A stretch of DNA of 25,859 nucleotides from Promethearchaeota archaeon (GTDB lineage Archaea; Asgardarchaeota; Lokiarchaeia; Sigyniarchaeales; SOKP01). Below, piece after piece: positions 1-10,272 of the stretch (position 1 is its first letter; every line of letters starts with the position of its first letter). The stretch lies in contig JAEOTP010000037.1 of the NCBI GenBank assembly GCA_016839765.1, positions 1-25,859 of the forward strand, in the 5' to 3' direction. The notes below the pieces were generated by a model that worked only from the letters and a program-made list of their open reading frames with translations, did not search any database and was not told the DNA's origin. The position numbers were made by a program, and so were the translations under genes.

Positions 1-153
1 CTTTAAACCATTTATAATTTTGAATTATAAAATAAAAATTGAAAAAGCGAAATTCTAATTTTATAAAGATAAATTATAAATTTTATATGAATTAATATAT
101 TTTTCAGAGCTTCCATTTTTATTTAAATAGTTATTTTTAGTCATGGGAATGTT

Positions 154-1188
154 ATGAGTTACGTAGAATATAGGGGTGAGAAATATGGGGTCGAGGAGGA
201 TTTCCTTGATCTTGGATTATTAGGTATCGAGGACATCTCTGAAATTAAGGGCTTAGAATCAATTGATATAAAAAATCTTGAATTGAGTTCTAATGACTTA
301 AATGAAATTAAAGGATTAGAACATCTAACATCTTTGGAAATCTTAAACCTTGGAAGTAATAGTATAATAGATATATCAGGTTTGGATGAACTAGAGAATT
401 TACAGATTCTACACTTAATCTCAAATCAAATCACTGAAATCAAAGGACTAGAACATCTTGTTAATTTAAAAGAATTATATCTTCGAGGTAATCAAATAGG
501 CGAAATAAAAGGTTTAGATACTTTAGAAGCAATTCAAAAATTAGATCTTTCATGGAATAAGATTACTGAACTAAAAGGACTTGATTCCTTAGGGAATTTA
601 GAAGTTCTTTGGGTAGCTGGGAATCAAATTAAGAAAATAGAGGGGATTGAAAATTCGGAAAAGCTTCAAGTTTTAAATCTTGCGGGAAACCAAATAACCG
701 ATATAGAAGGCTTGGATAACTTAATTGAACTTACAGAGTTATATCTTAATGATAATTTAATAACAGAAGTAAAAGGATTAGGCTCACTTAAAAACCTGAA
801 TACTTTTCAGATTACTTCAAACCAAATAGAAGAAATCCAAGGATTGGAGAATTGTAAAAATTTACAAGTATTAAATTTAAAAGATAATAAAATACGTCAA
901 ATAAGCGGATTATATCCATTGTTGAAATTAAATCAATTATTTCTTTCTGGAAATCAAATCTCTGTAATAAAAGGATTAGAAACACTTCAAGAATTAGAGA
1001 CTTTAGATTTAGGTCATAATGAAATAACAAAAATTAAAGGGTTAGAATCTTTATTAAATTTGAAGGGCTTATGGCTAAATGAAAATCCAATTGATGAGAG
1101 TATATTAAATGAACTGGGAGGCTTAGATTCGGGGGGATGTGCCATAGACCCTCTTAAATTTGTTGAATATTGTTTGGTAAATTTATAG
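154..1188 (+). CDS. SDS22/internalin-like leucine-rich repeat protein
   Basis: About 13 tandem ~22-aa repeats of the form IxGLxxLxxLxxLxLxxNxIxx; C-terminal cap GGLDSGGCAIDPLKFVEYC; no signal peptide. Confidence 0.95.
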   Translation: MSYVEYRGEKYGVEEDFLDLGLLGIEDISEIKGLESIDIKNLELSSNDLNEIKGLEHLTSLEILNLGSNSIIDISGLDELENLQILHLISNQITEIKGLEHLVNLKELYLRGNQIGEIKGLDTLEAIQKLDLSWNKITELKGLDSLGNLEVLWVAGNQIKKIEGIENSEKLQVLNLAGNQITDIEGLDNLIELTELYLNDNLITEVKGLGSLKNLNTFQITSNQIEEIQGLENCKNLQVLNLKDNKIRQISGLYPLLKLNQLFLSGNQISVIKGLETLQELETLDLGHNEITKIKGLESLLNLKGLWLNENPIDESILNELGGLDSGGCAIDPLKFVEYCLVNL

Positions 1189-1226
1189 AGAATTATAAAT
1201 AAAAAGAATATAATAGGTGTAAAATC

Positions 1227-2486
1227 ATGCTTCCAAGACCCAATCCATACGAAACTCGGAAAAAGCAATTAGAAATTGCTGCTCATTTAATTAATCTACA
1301 CCCTAATACTATAGAGTATCTTAAGCGGGTTGAGCGTTCATTAATCGTGTCTATTCCGATTATTATGGATGATGGTTCACTTAAAATTTATGAAGGATAC
1401 AGAGTTCATCATTCTACTCTTCGTGGACCGGCAAAGGGAGGCGTACGATACATGCCTGATTTAACACTTGACGATATTAAAGCATTAGCTTTTTTAATGA
1501 CGTTTAGAAACGCATTATTAGGAATCCCATTAGGAGGATCTAAGGGCGGAGTACGGGTTGATGTAAAGAGTTTATCTAAAAAAGAATTAGAGAGGCTTAC
1601 AAGAAGATATACAGCCGAAATAATAAATATGATTGGTCCTGATATAGATATTCTTGCCCCTGATGTGAACACAAATGAAGAGACAATGGCTTGGATGATG
1701 GATGTCTATTCAATGCAAAAAGGAAGATCTGTACCCAGTGTAGCTGTTGGTAAGCCTTTGGAGATAGGAGGGACAGTAGGACAGGACGAAGCAGCAGGCA
1801 GGGGCATGTATTATATTTTACAAGCATTATCTGAAAAGCTAAGTTTTGATATCAAACCTTTACATATTGTAATACAAGGGTTTGGTAAAGTTGGTAGTGT
1901 AATTGCAAAAATTCTTTATGAACAAGGTTGTAAGATTCTGGCGGTTACTGACAGTACTGGGGGAATTTATGCAGAAAAGGGTCTAGAAATTACAAACACC
2001 GTTTTAAAATGGAAGCAAGAAGGAAAACAATTTAAGGATTTTAAAGCAGATGGGATTAAATATATTACGATTCCAGATATCTTTAATATTAAATGTGATA
2101 TTTTGATACCTGCCGCTATTGAAAATCAAATTACAAGCAAGAATGTTGATAATATCAACTGTAAAATTATTTTTGAGGGAGCTGATGGACCCATAACCTC
2201 CAAAGCAGATAAAGTATTAAATGAGAAAGGAATCATTGTTGTCCCTGACATTCTTGCGAATAGTGGAGCATTAATTGTATCATATTTCGAATACATTCAA
2301 AGTATTCATGCTTATTTCTGGGATTTGGAACGAGTAAATAGAGAAATGAAAACTATCTTACTGGAAGCATTTGAAAAAGTTTGGAACCTATCAAAAAATC
2401 AGAATTGTTCACTTAGGAATGCTGCTTACATGATAGCAATTTCAAATGTTGCTAAATCCCATGAATTGAGAGGTTTATTCCCCTAA
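1227..2486 (+). CDS. Glu/Leu/Phe/Val dehydrogenase family protein (glutamate dehydrogenase-like, several conserved residues substituted)
   Basis: GYRVHH, GPAKGGVR, GGSKGG, APDVNT, QGFGKVG, PAAIENQI, PDILAN, VSYFE motifs; 419 aa; upstream AGGTG Shine-Dalgarno-like sequence. Confidence 0.92.
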   Translation: MLPRPNPYETRKKQLEIAAHLINLHPNTIEYLKRVERSLIVSIPIIMDDGSLKIYEGYRVHHSTLRGPAKGGVRYMPDLTLDDIKALAFLMTFRNALLGIPLGGSKGGVRVDVKSLSKKELERLTRRYTAEIINMIGPDIDILAPDVNTNEETMAWMMDVYSMQKGRSVPSVAVGKPLEIGGTVGQDEAAGRGMYYILQALSEKLSFDIKPLHIVIQGFGKVGSVIAKILYEQGCKILAVTDSTGGIYAEKGLEITNTVLKWKQEGKQFKDFKADGIKYITIPDIFNIKCDILIPAAIENQITSKNVDNINCKIIFEGADGPITSKADKVLNEKGIIVVPDILANSGALIVSYFEYIQSIHAYFWDLERVNREMKTILLEAFEKVWNLSKNQNCSLRNAAYMIAISNVAKSHELRGLFP

Positions 2487-2609
2487 TTTTAAACTGTCTT
2501 TTCTTACAGTATTTGGACTTTCTTTTATATTAGAAATCAATTTATTTTGAAAAGACTTAATTATTTATAATTTAAGATTGAAAATTCTTTTATTAAAAAC
2601 AAATTCAAG

Positions 2610-3044
2610 ATGAATGTAAAAATGATTTCAATAGAAGTACCAGAAGATTTGATATCAATTGCATTTTATAATATACTTTCAAGTAGAGCAGATGACGAGG
2701 AATTTTATAATTTTGCCCATGACTGGAATAAGAAAGTAATCTTCTTTTTAAAACCGTTTTATCCCATAACCGTAATTATAGAAGGAGATGAAATAAAATT
2801 CCAAATAGGAGAAGTTGAAAGTGCCGATATGAAAGTTACTATTGAACTTCAAACTATGTTAGATTTAGCATATGGTAGAGAAAATCCTTTTTTTGCGATA
2901 GAAAATGGACTAATGGAGATCGAGGGATTAGGAAACGATAGCATTAATTTAGTTAAATTTTACAATATTTTTATGGTTTCTATGCAAAAGGTTGCTAAAG
3001 AACAAAGTCTAAATTATTTTGAATTAGAGAAAAAAACAAGATAA
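2610..3044 (+). CDS. SCP2 sterol/lipid-carrier-like domain protein
   Basis: GEVESADMKVTI...LDLAYGRENPFFAIENGLMEIEG resembles the SCP2 pattern (D-x-T-I...G...P..A...G.l.ieG); 3 bp from the next gene. Confidence 0.7.
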   Translation: MNVKMISIEVPEDLISIAFYNILSSRADDEEFYNFAHDWNKKVIFFLKPFYPITVIIEGDEIKFQIGEVESADMKVTIELQTMLDLAYGRENPFFAIENGLMEIEGLGNDSINLVKFYNIFMVSMQKVAKEQSLNYFELEKKTR

Positions 3045-3047
3045 GAT

Positions 3048-4535
3048 GTGTTAAGTTTGACAGTTACGAAAAAGAGGAATATTTTTGAAAAAATAAGTAA
3101 AGAAGATGTTTATAAGAACCTGTTAGATATTTTCGGATCACATTATGTTAGTGACAAAGACGTTGATTTATATCCCTATTCTTACGACATGACTGAATGT
3201 GAACCACATATGCCTGATTTTGTAGTAATACCACAAAATATTGAGCAATTAGTTGAATTAGTAAAATTTTGTAATGCAAATTTAATTCCTATAGTACCAT
3301 ATATTTCAGGAAATAATGTAGGTGGATTAACAATACCTGAGCAAGGTGGGATTATTGTAGATTTTGGGAAAAAGATGAATAAAATCTTACATGTAAATGA
3401 AAATATGATGTATGCTATATTGGAACCAGGGGTTACGTTTGGTCAATTAAAAAAATATTTGGATGAAAATTATCCTACCCTGAGATACAGTTATCCCATG
3501 GCCCCTCCATATGCCGGAGTTGTTGGAAATGCGCTATTGAGTGGGATGAATAACCTTTCTTGTAAAATAGGTTCCATGGGCGATTCTATTAATGGTTTAG
3601 AGGTTATAACAGCTGATGGAGATATTGCAAGAATTGGTTCATGTTTTTATGGAAAAAATGAAGCTGATCCAGATAGTTGGTGGTCTCGTTATCCGATGCC
3701 TGATCTAATAGGTTTGTTCGTGAATTGGCAGGGTATGACAGGATTAGTTACAAAATGCGCAGTTCAATTATGGCCTAATAAACCAATTCAAAAAGCTTTT
3801 GTTGCGATTGCTTTCGGTTTGACTGATATTGCTGATCTTCTAAGAGAGGTAGGTAGATCTGAAATTGCTGACGACATGTCATACTTTAACATAGCAGCTG
3901 CAAAATTAACTATGGGTATAGAACATCCAAGACAATTTCCTGAGGAACCTGAATTTCTAGTTATTATTCCCATATCTGCAAAAACCGAAGAAATGTTTGA
4001 AGCTAAAAAGAATATTTTGTTTAATATAATAGCTGAGTTAAATATAAAGGGAAATAATTTAATTATTGCAGATTTTGATGAGTTTTCAAGATTAGCGGGT
4101 TTAAAATACAGATGTATTTATGATTTACCGGCAGTTGTAATTCCAACGGTATTAAAATCAGGAATTACTTGGTTTGGTAGTTATTGTCCTACTCATAAAT
4201 TTGAAGAATTAATTGAAAAAGTTGATGAGATATTTCGCAAATACGATTATCATAGCCCAATTATTTATGGAAAGATTATGAAATATGCTCATTATGGAAT
4301 ATTCCGCCCCATTCTCCCTTATAATAAATTCACAGAAGAAGAAAAAGTACATCAAATCCTTGAGGAAATGACAGATTTCTGTCTTTCATTAGGATGTATC
4401 CCTTATAAGACACCAAATTGGATGACGGAAAAAATGAGAAAGAAAATTAATCCCGGTTGGATTAAATTATTTGAAAAAATAAAAAGCTGCATGGATCCGA
4501 ATAATATCTTTAACCCGGGAAGGTGGAATCTTTAA
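3048..4535 (+). CDS. FAD-binding oxidoreductase, VAO/p-cresol methylhydroxylase/GlcD superfamily
   Basis: PDFVVIP...IPIVP...GGIIVD...MNKIL...EPGVT FAD-binding domain; GLEVITADG; PDLIGLF...GLVTK; C-terminal DPNNIFNPG. Confidence 0.9.
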   Translation: MLSLTVTKKRNIFEKISKEDVYKNLLDIFGSHYVSDKDVDLYPYSYDMTECEPHMPDFVVIPQNIEQLVELVKFCNANLIPIVPYISGNNVGGLTIPEQGGIIVDFGKKMNKILHVNENMMYAILEPGVTFGQLKKYLDENYPTLRYSYPMAPPYAGVVGNALLSGMNNLSCKIGSMGDSINGLEVITADGDIARIGSCFYGKNEADPDSWWSRYPMPDLIGLFVNWQGMTGLVTKCAVQLWPNKPIQKAFVAIAFGLTDIADLLREVGRSEIADDMSYFNIAAAKLTMGIEHPRQFPEEPEFLVIIPISAKTEEMFEAKKNILFNIIAELNIKGNNLIIADFDEFSRLAGLKYRCIYDLPAVVIPTVLKSGITWFGSYCPTHKFEELIEKVDEIFRKYDYHSPIIYGKIMKYAHYGIFRPILPYNKFTEEEKVHQILEEMTDFCLSLGCIPYKTPNWMTEKMRKKINPGWIKLFEKIKSCMDPNNIFNPGRWNL

Positions 4536-5710
4536 TGGTTGAAATAGATAAGAGTTTACATGGGAAAGATTTTCTTGAAATGGCTTTCGATTACTGTATT
4601 AAATGCTCAACATGCAAATACGGATATAAAAGTTATGAGAAAATATGTCCTTCTGGTGAGAAATATCTTTTTGAATCTTATTGGCCCAGTGGGCGTATAA
4701 GAATAATTCGTGGTTTGTTAAGAAGAGAATTGGATTGGAATGATGAGTTAATAGATCCTATTTTCGCGTGTACAACTTGTGCAGCTTGTGTAGACGCATG
4801 TCAGGCACCACATGCAGATCATATTGTAGAAATGATAGAAGCACTTAGAGAATTAGCGGTCAAACATATTGGTCCCGCAAAAAATCAAGAATTTTTGGTA
4901 TCTCGATGTAAAGAAAATTGCAATCCATATGGAGAACCGAATTCTGATAATGAAGAGTTAAAAAAAAAGTATAATCTTCCAGATAAAGCAGAATGGGTTT
5001 ATTTTATAGGCTGTACGTCAAACTACAGGCAGCAATCTATAAGAGATACTACTCTCAGATTTTTAAAAAAAGTAGGCATTGATTTTACATTAATCGATGA
5101 ACACTGTTGTACGAGTCCAATGATACGAACAGGTCAATTAGGAATTGTTAAGGATTATATGAATTATAACATTGCTCAAATTAAAAATACCGGAGCTTCA
5201 AAAGTAATAACTTCTTGCGCTGGTTGTTATAGAACTTTCATGAAAGATTTTGAAAAGTTTGGAGTGCATTATGAATTCGAGGTTTTTCATACGCTCGAAT
5301 TAGTAAAACAATTATTAGATAAGGGAAAAATAGAATTCAAATCAGAATATAATAAAACAGTCACATATCACGACCCATGTCATTTAGGACGACATATGGG
5401 CGTTTATGAGCTTCCTCGTGAAATTTATAAACAGATTCCTGGTTTAAAATTAGTAGAAATGAGAAGAAATCGAAATTTTGCTTGGTGTTGTGGTGCAGGT
5501 GGTGGAGTAAAAATTGGTTATCCAGAATGGTCTGTAGAAATTTCAAAAGAAAGATTAGAGGAAGTTAAAGAGACTAGTGCCACTATAATATCATCTACTT
5601 GCCCTTTCTGTCACAGAAATCTAAGTGATGCCAATAACGACTATAATTATGACTTTGAAATATTAGATTTAATGGAAATCATTGATAAATTAGAAATAGA
5701 AGTTAAATAA
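4535..5710 (+). CDS. (Fe-S)-binding protein with two CCG domains (HdrD/GlpC/GlcF-like)
   Basis: CIKCSTC and CTTCAACVDAC ferredoxin motifs; YFIGC, HCC, TSCAGC, YHDPCHLGR, CCGAGGG, CPFC; ATG at 4535 overlaps the upstream TAA (TAATG), so it is preferred over GTG 4523. Confidence 0.92.
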   Translation: MVEIDKSLHGKDFLEMAFDYCIKCSTCKYGYKSYEKICPSGEKYLFESYWPSGRIRIIRGLLRRELDWNDELIDPIFACTTCAACVDACQAPHADHIVEMIEALRELAVKHIGPAKNQEFLVSRCKENCNPYGEPNSDNEELKKKYNLPDKAEWVYFIGCTSNYRQQSIRDTTLRFLKKVGIDFTLIDEHCCTSPMIRTGQLGIVKDYMNYNIAQIKNTGASKVITSCAGCYRTFMKDFEKFGVHYEFEVFHTLELVKQLLDKGKIEFKSEYNKTVTYHDPCHLGRHMGVYELPREIYKQIPGLKLVEMRRNRNFAWCCGAGGGVKIGYPEWSVEISKERLEEVKETSATIISSTCPFCHRNLSDANNDYNYDFEILDLMEIIDKLEIEVK

Positions 5711-5795
5711 TAACCTCATTTATTTATCCTTTTTTATTTTGACACGTGAACAAATTTAATGAAAATCTTAAATAAAATAGATTTTTGCTAGGCTC

Positions 5796-6062
5796 ATGAA
5801 AAATAAATTAATTCTTATTATTTCAATACTAAGTGGGATTATTTTAACTATTATTTTAGGTTTTGTTCCTTATCCAACGGGAGAATTAATTGGCATTCAG
5901 AAATGGGGTTATCCAATTTATTGGCTAAGTCAAGCAGTATATCCTAGTGCCCCAATTGAGGTTTCTTGGCTTAATTTATTTTTTGATTGTGCAATTTGGA
6001 TAATTTGTTTCTTCTTGTTAATCAAATTGATTAACTCTTTAATAACACGATATAAAAAATAA
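5796..6062 (+). CDS. Small two-TM membrane protein, unknown function
   Basis: Two hydrophobic segments around a WGYP loop; basic C-terminus. Confidence 0.75.
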   Translation: MKNKLILIISILSGIILTIILGFVPYPTGELIGIQKWGYPIYWLSQAVYPSAPIEVSWLNLFFDCAIWIICFFLLIKLINSLITRYKK

Positions 6063-6332
6063 AAAAATAATCTAATTCTTTTGCTTTTTTAAATTCCCAA
6101 ATCTCGATTAATTTCAAATAAAATACATTTATTTGCCATAGATTTTCTCATCCCTTTTCCTAACTTATTAAAGTTAAATCATAATATCATAGTATTCATT
6201 CTAGATTTTTAGCTAAGAATTCAATTAATATTTATAGATTAAAAGGAGAAATAATAAAAATCTCATTTTCCTAAAAAAATTAACCGATTTAAATTTACCC
6301 AAAAAGCAAAATATTAAGAGCTGTGTTTAAAA

Positions 6333-7577
6333 TTGCTAAAATTCAGTATAAAAAATGCATTTAGAAAAAAAGGAACCGCTATTTTAGCTAGTGTTGGTGT
6401 TGGATTTGGATTAATGTTGGTTTTTGTTATAGGAGCATTTACAGCAGGAGTAAATGCTCAATTCCAAGATAATTTAACAAGAAGTATTGGTATTGTGGAA
6501 GTTCTAGAAAAAGATGTTGAGGGGCGCGCAAACAGTCATTTACCATTAAATTTACCGAATAAATTATCTGACACCCCTAATGTTGGAAATTTCATAATTA
6601 GCCATAATATTGAAACCCAAGCGCCTATTTATTTCACATCCAACTATTCAGGACCCTCAAAATTACAAAATATAGGTGATACACTAACTTTAAAAGGTTT
6701 AAATCAGAGTCTGGATCAAAATTGGGGTGGACCAACTACAAAATTACTGCAAGGAAGATCCTTTACTATTGGAAATAATGAAGCAATCGTAGATAATCGT
6801 TTATTAGATGCTGCTCAATTTCCTATATCCATTGGAGTGAATATTACGATAAGTCTTGATCCAGGTGGAATTAACACAACAACTTTAACAATAGTAGGTA
6901 TATATGAGGAAGAAGATATTGGGGCTCCTGACTTTGTTCCTAGAGAATATTACATTTACACAGATATTCAAACCTTATGGAACTATTTATATCTAGCGGG
7001 AGAGGAGACTAATGTTTATAGCTCAATTGATTTAAGATTTAATGTTGAAACCACGGAAGAGACAGAAAATTTCGCCGATATTATTAATGAGTATTCTGAT
7101 GTTGGTGGATATTCACCTACTTTTATTACAGCTGTTGCACTTGCTACTTTTTTCAAATCTATAGAGGAGACATTTGCTATTTTTAACGCTTTTGCAGGAA
7201 TAATCGGTATAATAACAGTAATTGCGGGAGGAATGGCAATTATTGTTACCCAATTGATGTCGGTAACAGCGCGTATGAAAGAATTTGCTATACTTAAATC
7301 AACTGGATGGAAAAATCGTCATATTTTTTTAAATGTAATCTATGAATCTCTCACTTTAGGTTTATTAGGGGCTGCAATTGGGATGGGTATTGGCGGTATT
7401 TTAATAATTATATTAGGAAGTGGTGCAAGCCCATTCGGAGGGGCATCAGCAATAGTAACTTTAGAGGGTGTTATTGAAGTCCTAGCATACGCCTTAGGTT
7501 TGGGTGTAGTGGGCGGATTGTATCCAGGAATTAAAGCATCAAGAGTTAGACCTGTAGTGGTCTTAAAAGGAGAATAA
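6333..7577 (+). CDS. ABC transporter permease, MacB/FtsX/LolE family
   Basis: N-terminal KNAFRKKG plus TM, large extracellular domain, SVTARMKEFAILKSTGW, ESLTLGLLG, YPGIKASRVRPVVVLK; TTG start. Confidence 0.93.
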   Translation: MLKFSIKNAFRKKGTAILASVGVGFGLMLVFVIGAFTAGVNAQFQDNLTRSIGIVEVLEKDVEGRANSHLPLNLPNKLSDTPNVGNFIISHNIETQAPIYFTSNYSGPSKLQNIGDTLTLKGLNQSLDQNWGGPTTKLLQGRSFTIGNNEAIVDNRLLDAAQFPISIGVNITISLDPGGINTTTLTIVGIYEEEDIGAPDFVPREYYIYTDIQTLWNYLYLAGEETNVYSSIDLRFNVETTEETENFADIINEYSDVGGYSPTFITAVALATFFKSIEETFAIFNAFAGIIGIITVIAGGMAIIVTQLMSVTARMKEFAILKSTGWKNRHIFLNVIYESLTLGLLGAAIGMGIGGILIIILGSGASPFGGASAIVTLEGVIEVLAYALGLGVVGGLYPGIKASRVRPVVVLKGE

Positions 7578-7592
7578 TGAGGTGAGAAAAAG

Positions 7593-8303
7593 ATTTCACT
7601 CATAAATTTGAAAAATGTGAGCAAAATTTATGGCGAAGAGAGAACTACGATAAAAGCACTTAATCAAGTTGATTTAGAAATTGAAGGAGGAAATATCTTT
7701 ACTATAATGGGACCCTCAGGAAGCGGAAAAAGCACTTTATTGAACATTTTGGGTGCTATGGATAAACCAACCTTAGGAGAAGTATTAGTCAATGAGATTG
7801 ATATAGGAAGTTTACCTGAGCGTAAACTATCAAGATATCGAAAGGAAACAATAGGGTTTGTGTTCCAGAGTTTTTACTTGTTGCCTAACCTTGATGTTAT
7901 TGGGAATGTTCTTATACCCTTAATTCCATATAGAATTAAAGATAAAGATCGAGAACGAGCTCAAGAATTATTAAATCTAGTAGGTTTAGGAGAAAGAGCT
8001 CACAGCAAGGTTGGAAAATTATCTGGTGGAGAATCACAGCGAGTAGCAATTGCAAGATCCCTTATAAATAATCCAAAAGTAATATTAGCAGATGAACCAA
8101 CCGGAAACTTAGATTCAGAAACAGGAAAGTCAATTATAGATTTATTGATCAAATTAGCCGAAGAGGAACATAAAACTATCATAATTGTTACTCATGATCC
8201 TCGTATTGCTCAAGTTGTTGGAGAACATCCTCTAGGAAAAAACATTTGGATTAAAGACGGAGAATTAAGTGAAAAACCAACTTATGACATGTATTGCTGG
8301 TAA
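7593..8303 (+). CDS. ABC transporter ATP-binding protein, LolD/MacB family (start uncertain: ATT 7593 or TTG 7608)
   Basis: Walker [44 protein letters not shown]. Confidence 0.95.
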   Translation: MSLINLKNVSKIYGEERTTIKALNQVDLEIEGGNIFTIMGPSGSGKSTLLNILGAMDKPTLGEVLVNEIDIGSLPERKLSRYRKETIGFVFQSFYLLPNLDVIGNVLIPLIPYRIKDKDRERAQELLNLVGLGERAHSKVGKLSGGESQRVAIARSLINNPKVILADEPTGNLDSETGKSIIDLLIKLAEEEHKTIIIVTHDPRIAQVVGEHPLGKNIWIKDGELSEKPTYDMYCW

Positions 8304-8426
8304 AAATCTTTTAATTCATTTTTTAATAACTATTTTATTTGGTAGCTCTTATTTAAGTTAATCTAATAAAAATAAGATTAAAGAAGTGTAATTAATATTA
8401 AAAAAAATAAAAAAAATTAAAGTATT

Positions 8427-9521
8427 TTAACTACTAGAACCATCGACAGTAATGCTTCCGGTTCCTGTATTTAAGTTAAAATTATAATTGTATGTTGTTG
8501 GGAAATCAAGAGATCTAAATGGGTTAAAATTGGTAGGAGTGAATCCTAATGTGTTTATACGATTAAAGCTACCGGTTCCTGTACTTCCAAAGAAGCTAGC
8601 ACCCACACTGGCACTTGTGTCTATATATAAAATATCAATACTTCCAGTTCCAGTAGATAGAGTCCCTGTAACATTTGCACCCATAAGAGCATGTTGATTT
8701 ATAACAACATCTATTCCACCTGTCCCGGCAGATAAAGCCCAAGCACTATTCTTTGAATATTCCATGTGATATGTTTTAAAATCTATACTACCTGTACCTG
8801 TAGATAAAGCAATATCACCGCCAATAACGCTATTACTTAGATTTGCGACTATAGATCCTGTACCCGCATCCATTAATAACCCTTTCGAAAAATTTGCACT
8901 TTTACCATAGAAGGATATACTACCAGTTCCAGTATCTAAATCTAAAGTATCTTGGATTGTCGTATTATCGGATATATCTAAATAAATGCTTCCAGTGCCA
9001 GAGGAAAGAGATAAATCGTTTAAAATCACATTATTAAGTGTAGTCATTTTAATTGATCCAGTACCTGTATCTGCATTGATTTTATATATAACATCCGTTC
9101 TGAGAGTGACATTTATATCGATATCATATGACTTGAACCAAAATGTAGGATTAAACCAAGTTTGTGGGAGAGTTTTTAAACTAAAAGTAATTGGTGGGAA
9201 GGTTGCATTTTGCCACCAATCTGTAGATGGCCCAAAAAACTCAGCATATCCTCTATTTGCCATGAATAGTCCTGATATTTTCATATCTACATCTATTTTG
9301 ACTATATAGGGAGTCTTTGACGTATTATATCGGATATCTAAAGATCCAAGACCAACATCTAAAGTTAGGTCTTCCATTGATGAAGGAACATCTTGATAAT
9401 GAAAAGTGAAAGATTCCTCGATTGCACCTGACATCGCAAAACCTGTTATAACAAAACCAATGGCGCCCCCACCAATCAATGCTGCAAGAACTATTATTGC
9501 AGTTCTAACATTTTTTCTCAA
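8427..9521 (-). CDS. Membrane-anchored beta-strand-repeat protein (DUF4097/putative adhesin-like)
   Basis: N-terminal TM anchor; about ten (S/D/N)-(T/A)-G-T-G-S-I repeats. Confidence 0.75.
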   Translation of the reverse strand: MRKNVRTAIIVLAALIGGGAIGFVITGFAMSGAIEESFTFHYQDVPSSMEDLTLDVGLGSLDIRYNTSKTPYIVKIDVDMKISGLFMANRGYAEFFGPSTDWWQNATFPPITFSLKTLPQTWFNPTFWFKSYDIDINVTLRTDVIYKINADTGTGSIKMTTLNNVILNDLSLSSGTGSIYLDISDNTTIQDTLDLDTGTGSISFYGKSANFSKGLLMDAGTGSIVANLSNSVIGGDIALSTGTGSIDFKTYHMEYSKNSAWALSAGTGGIDVVINQHALMGANVTGTLSTGTGSIDILYIDTSASVGASFFGSTGTGSFNRINTLGFTPTNFNPFRSLDFPTTYNYNFNLNTGTGSITVDGSSS

Positions 9522-9640
9522 AATTTTTCACAATTTTTTTTTTTTAGTATTATGAAAGGATATTAAAGGGTGGTATTTAAATAAAATTTAGTCTAATTTT
9601 TATAAGCCCTTATTTAAAAAAGTAGGGAAAAAGCAATTTC

Positions 9641-10156
9641 TTAAATTTTTTGCAAAATAGATTCTGCAAATTTTTTAGCGTTTTTTACATCGTCTTCATT
9701 TGGACGTCCTTCTGTCAGTTTTAAATCTTTTAAAGCCTTATCTCTTTCTTTAGCAGGTATACTATTAATTGCTTGCATTCGACTTTCTAAGGACATTATT
9801 TTATTTTCACCAACACAGTCAAATTTTCCTATAATTGTACAATTATTTTTTTCAAGAATTCTAGTTACTTTTACAAAGGGAGTCTGGTAAAGCTTTAGGC
9901 TAGCGTGTGTGCAAAAATATACAAATTTTGTTGGGAATTCGGTAACTTTTTTCATTAGATTTACAACAGAGCTATGTATCCTACTACCATAAACTCCAGA
10001 ACCGAGAAAAACTAGATCATACTTTCCAAACTCAGTCGGATCCATCTCATTAATTGGCTTAAGATCTACTTCTTCAGTAAATAAGCCATTATTTATTGCT
10101 TCAGCAATCATTTTTGTGTTTCCCGATTGACTAAAATAAGTAATGAGTATTTTCAT
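9641..10156 (-). CDS. Flavodoxin family protein
   Basis: YFSQSGNTKMIAEAI FMN phosphate loop; YDLVFLGSGVY; FCTHA; GRPNEDD...AKKFA. Confidence 0.9.
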   Translation of the reverse strand: MKILITYFSQSGNTKMIAEAINNGLFTEEVDLKPINEMDPTEFGKYDLVFLGSGVYGSRIHSSVVNLMKKVTEFPTKFVYFCTHASLKLYQTPFVKVTRILEKNNCTIIGKFDCVGENKIMSLESRMQAINSIPAKERDKALKDLKLTEGRPNEDDVKNAKKFAESILQKI

Positions 10157-10272
10157 TGATTTCTCACTCTTAAACTAATTGTATTATCATATTTGCTTCT
10201 AAACTATGATTAGATAATAAAAAAGTTTTGTATTTTGACTTGAAATTAAGACAATTTTATCCAAAAAACAAT

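Noticed and set aside
6193-6225. Possible third, inverted copy of the 44-bp repeat (tattcatt..agattttt)
   Set aside because: Short, gapped, AT-rich match expected by chance
8427-9070. Recurring nucleotide motifs such as ccagtacctgta
   Set aside because: Explained by the GTGSI protein repeats
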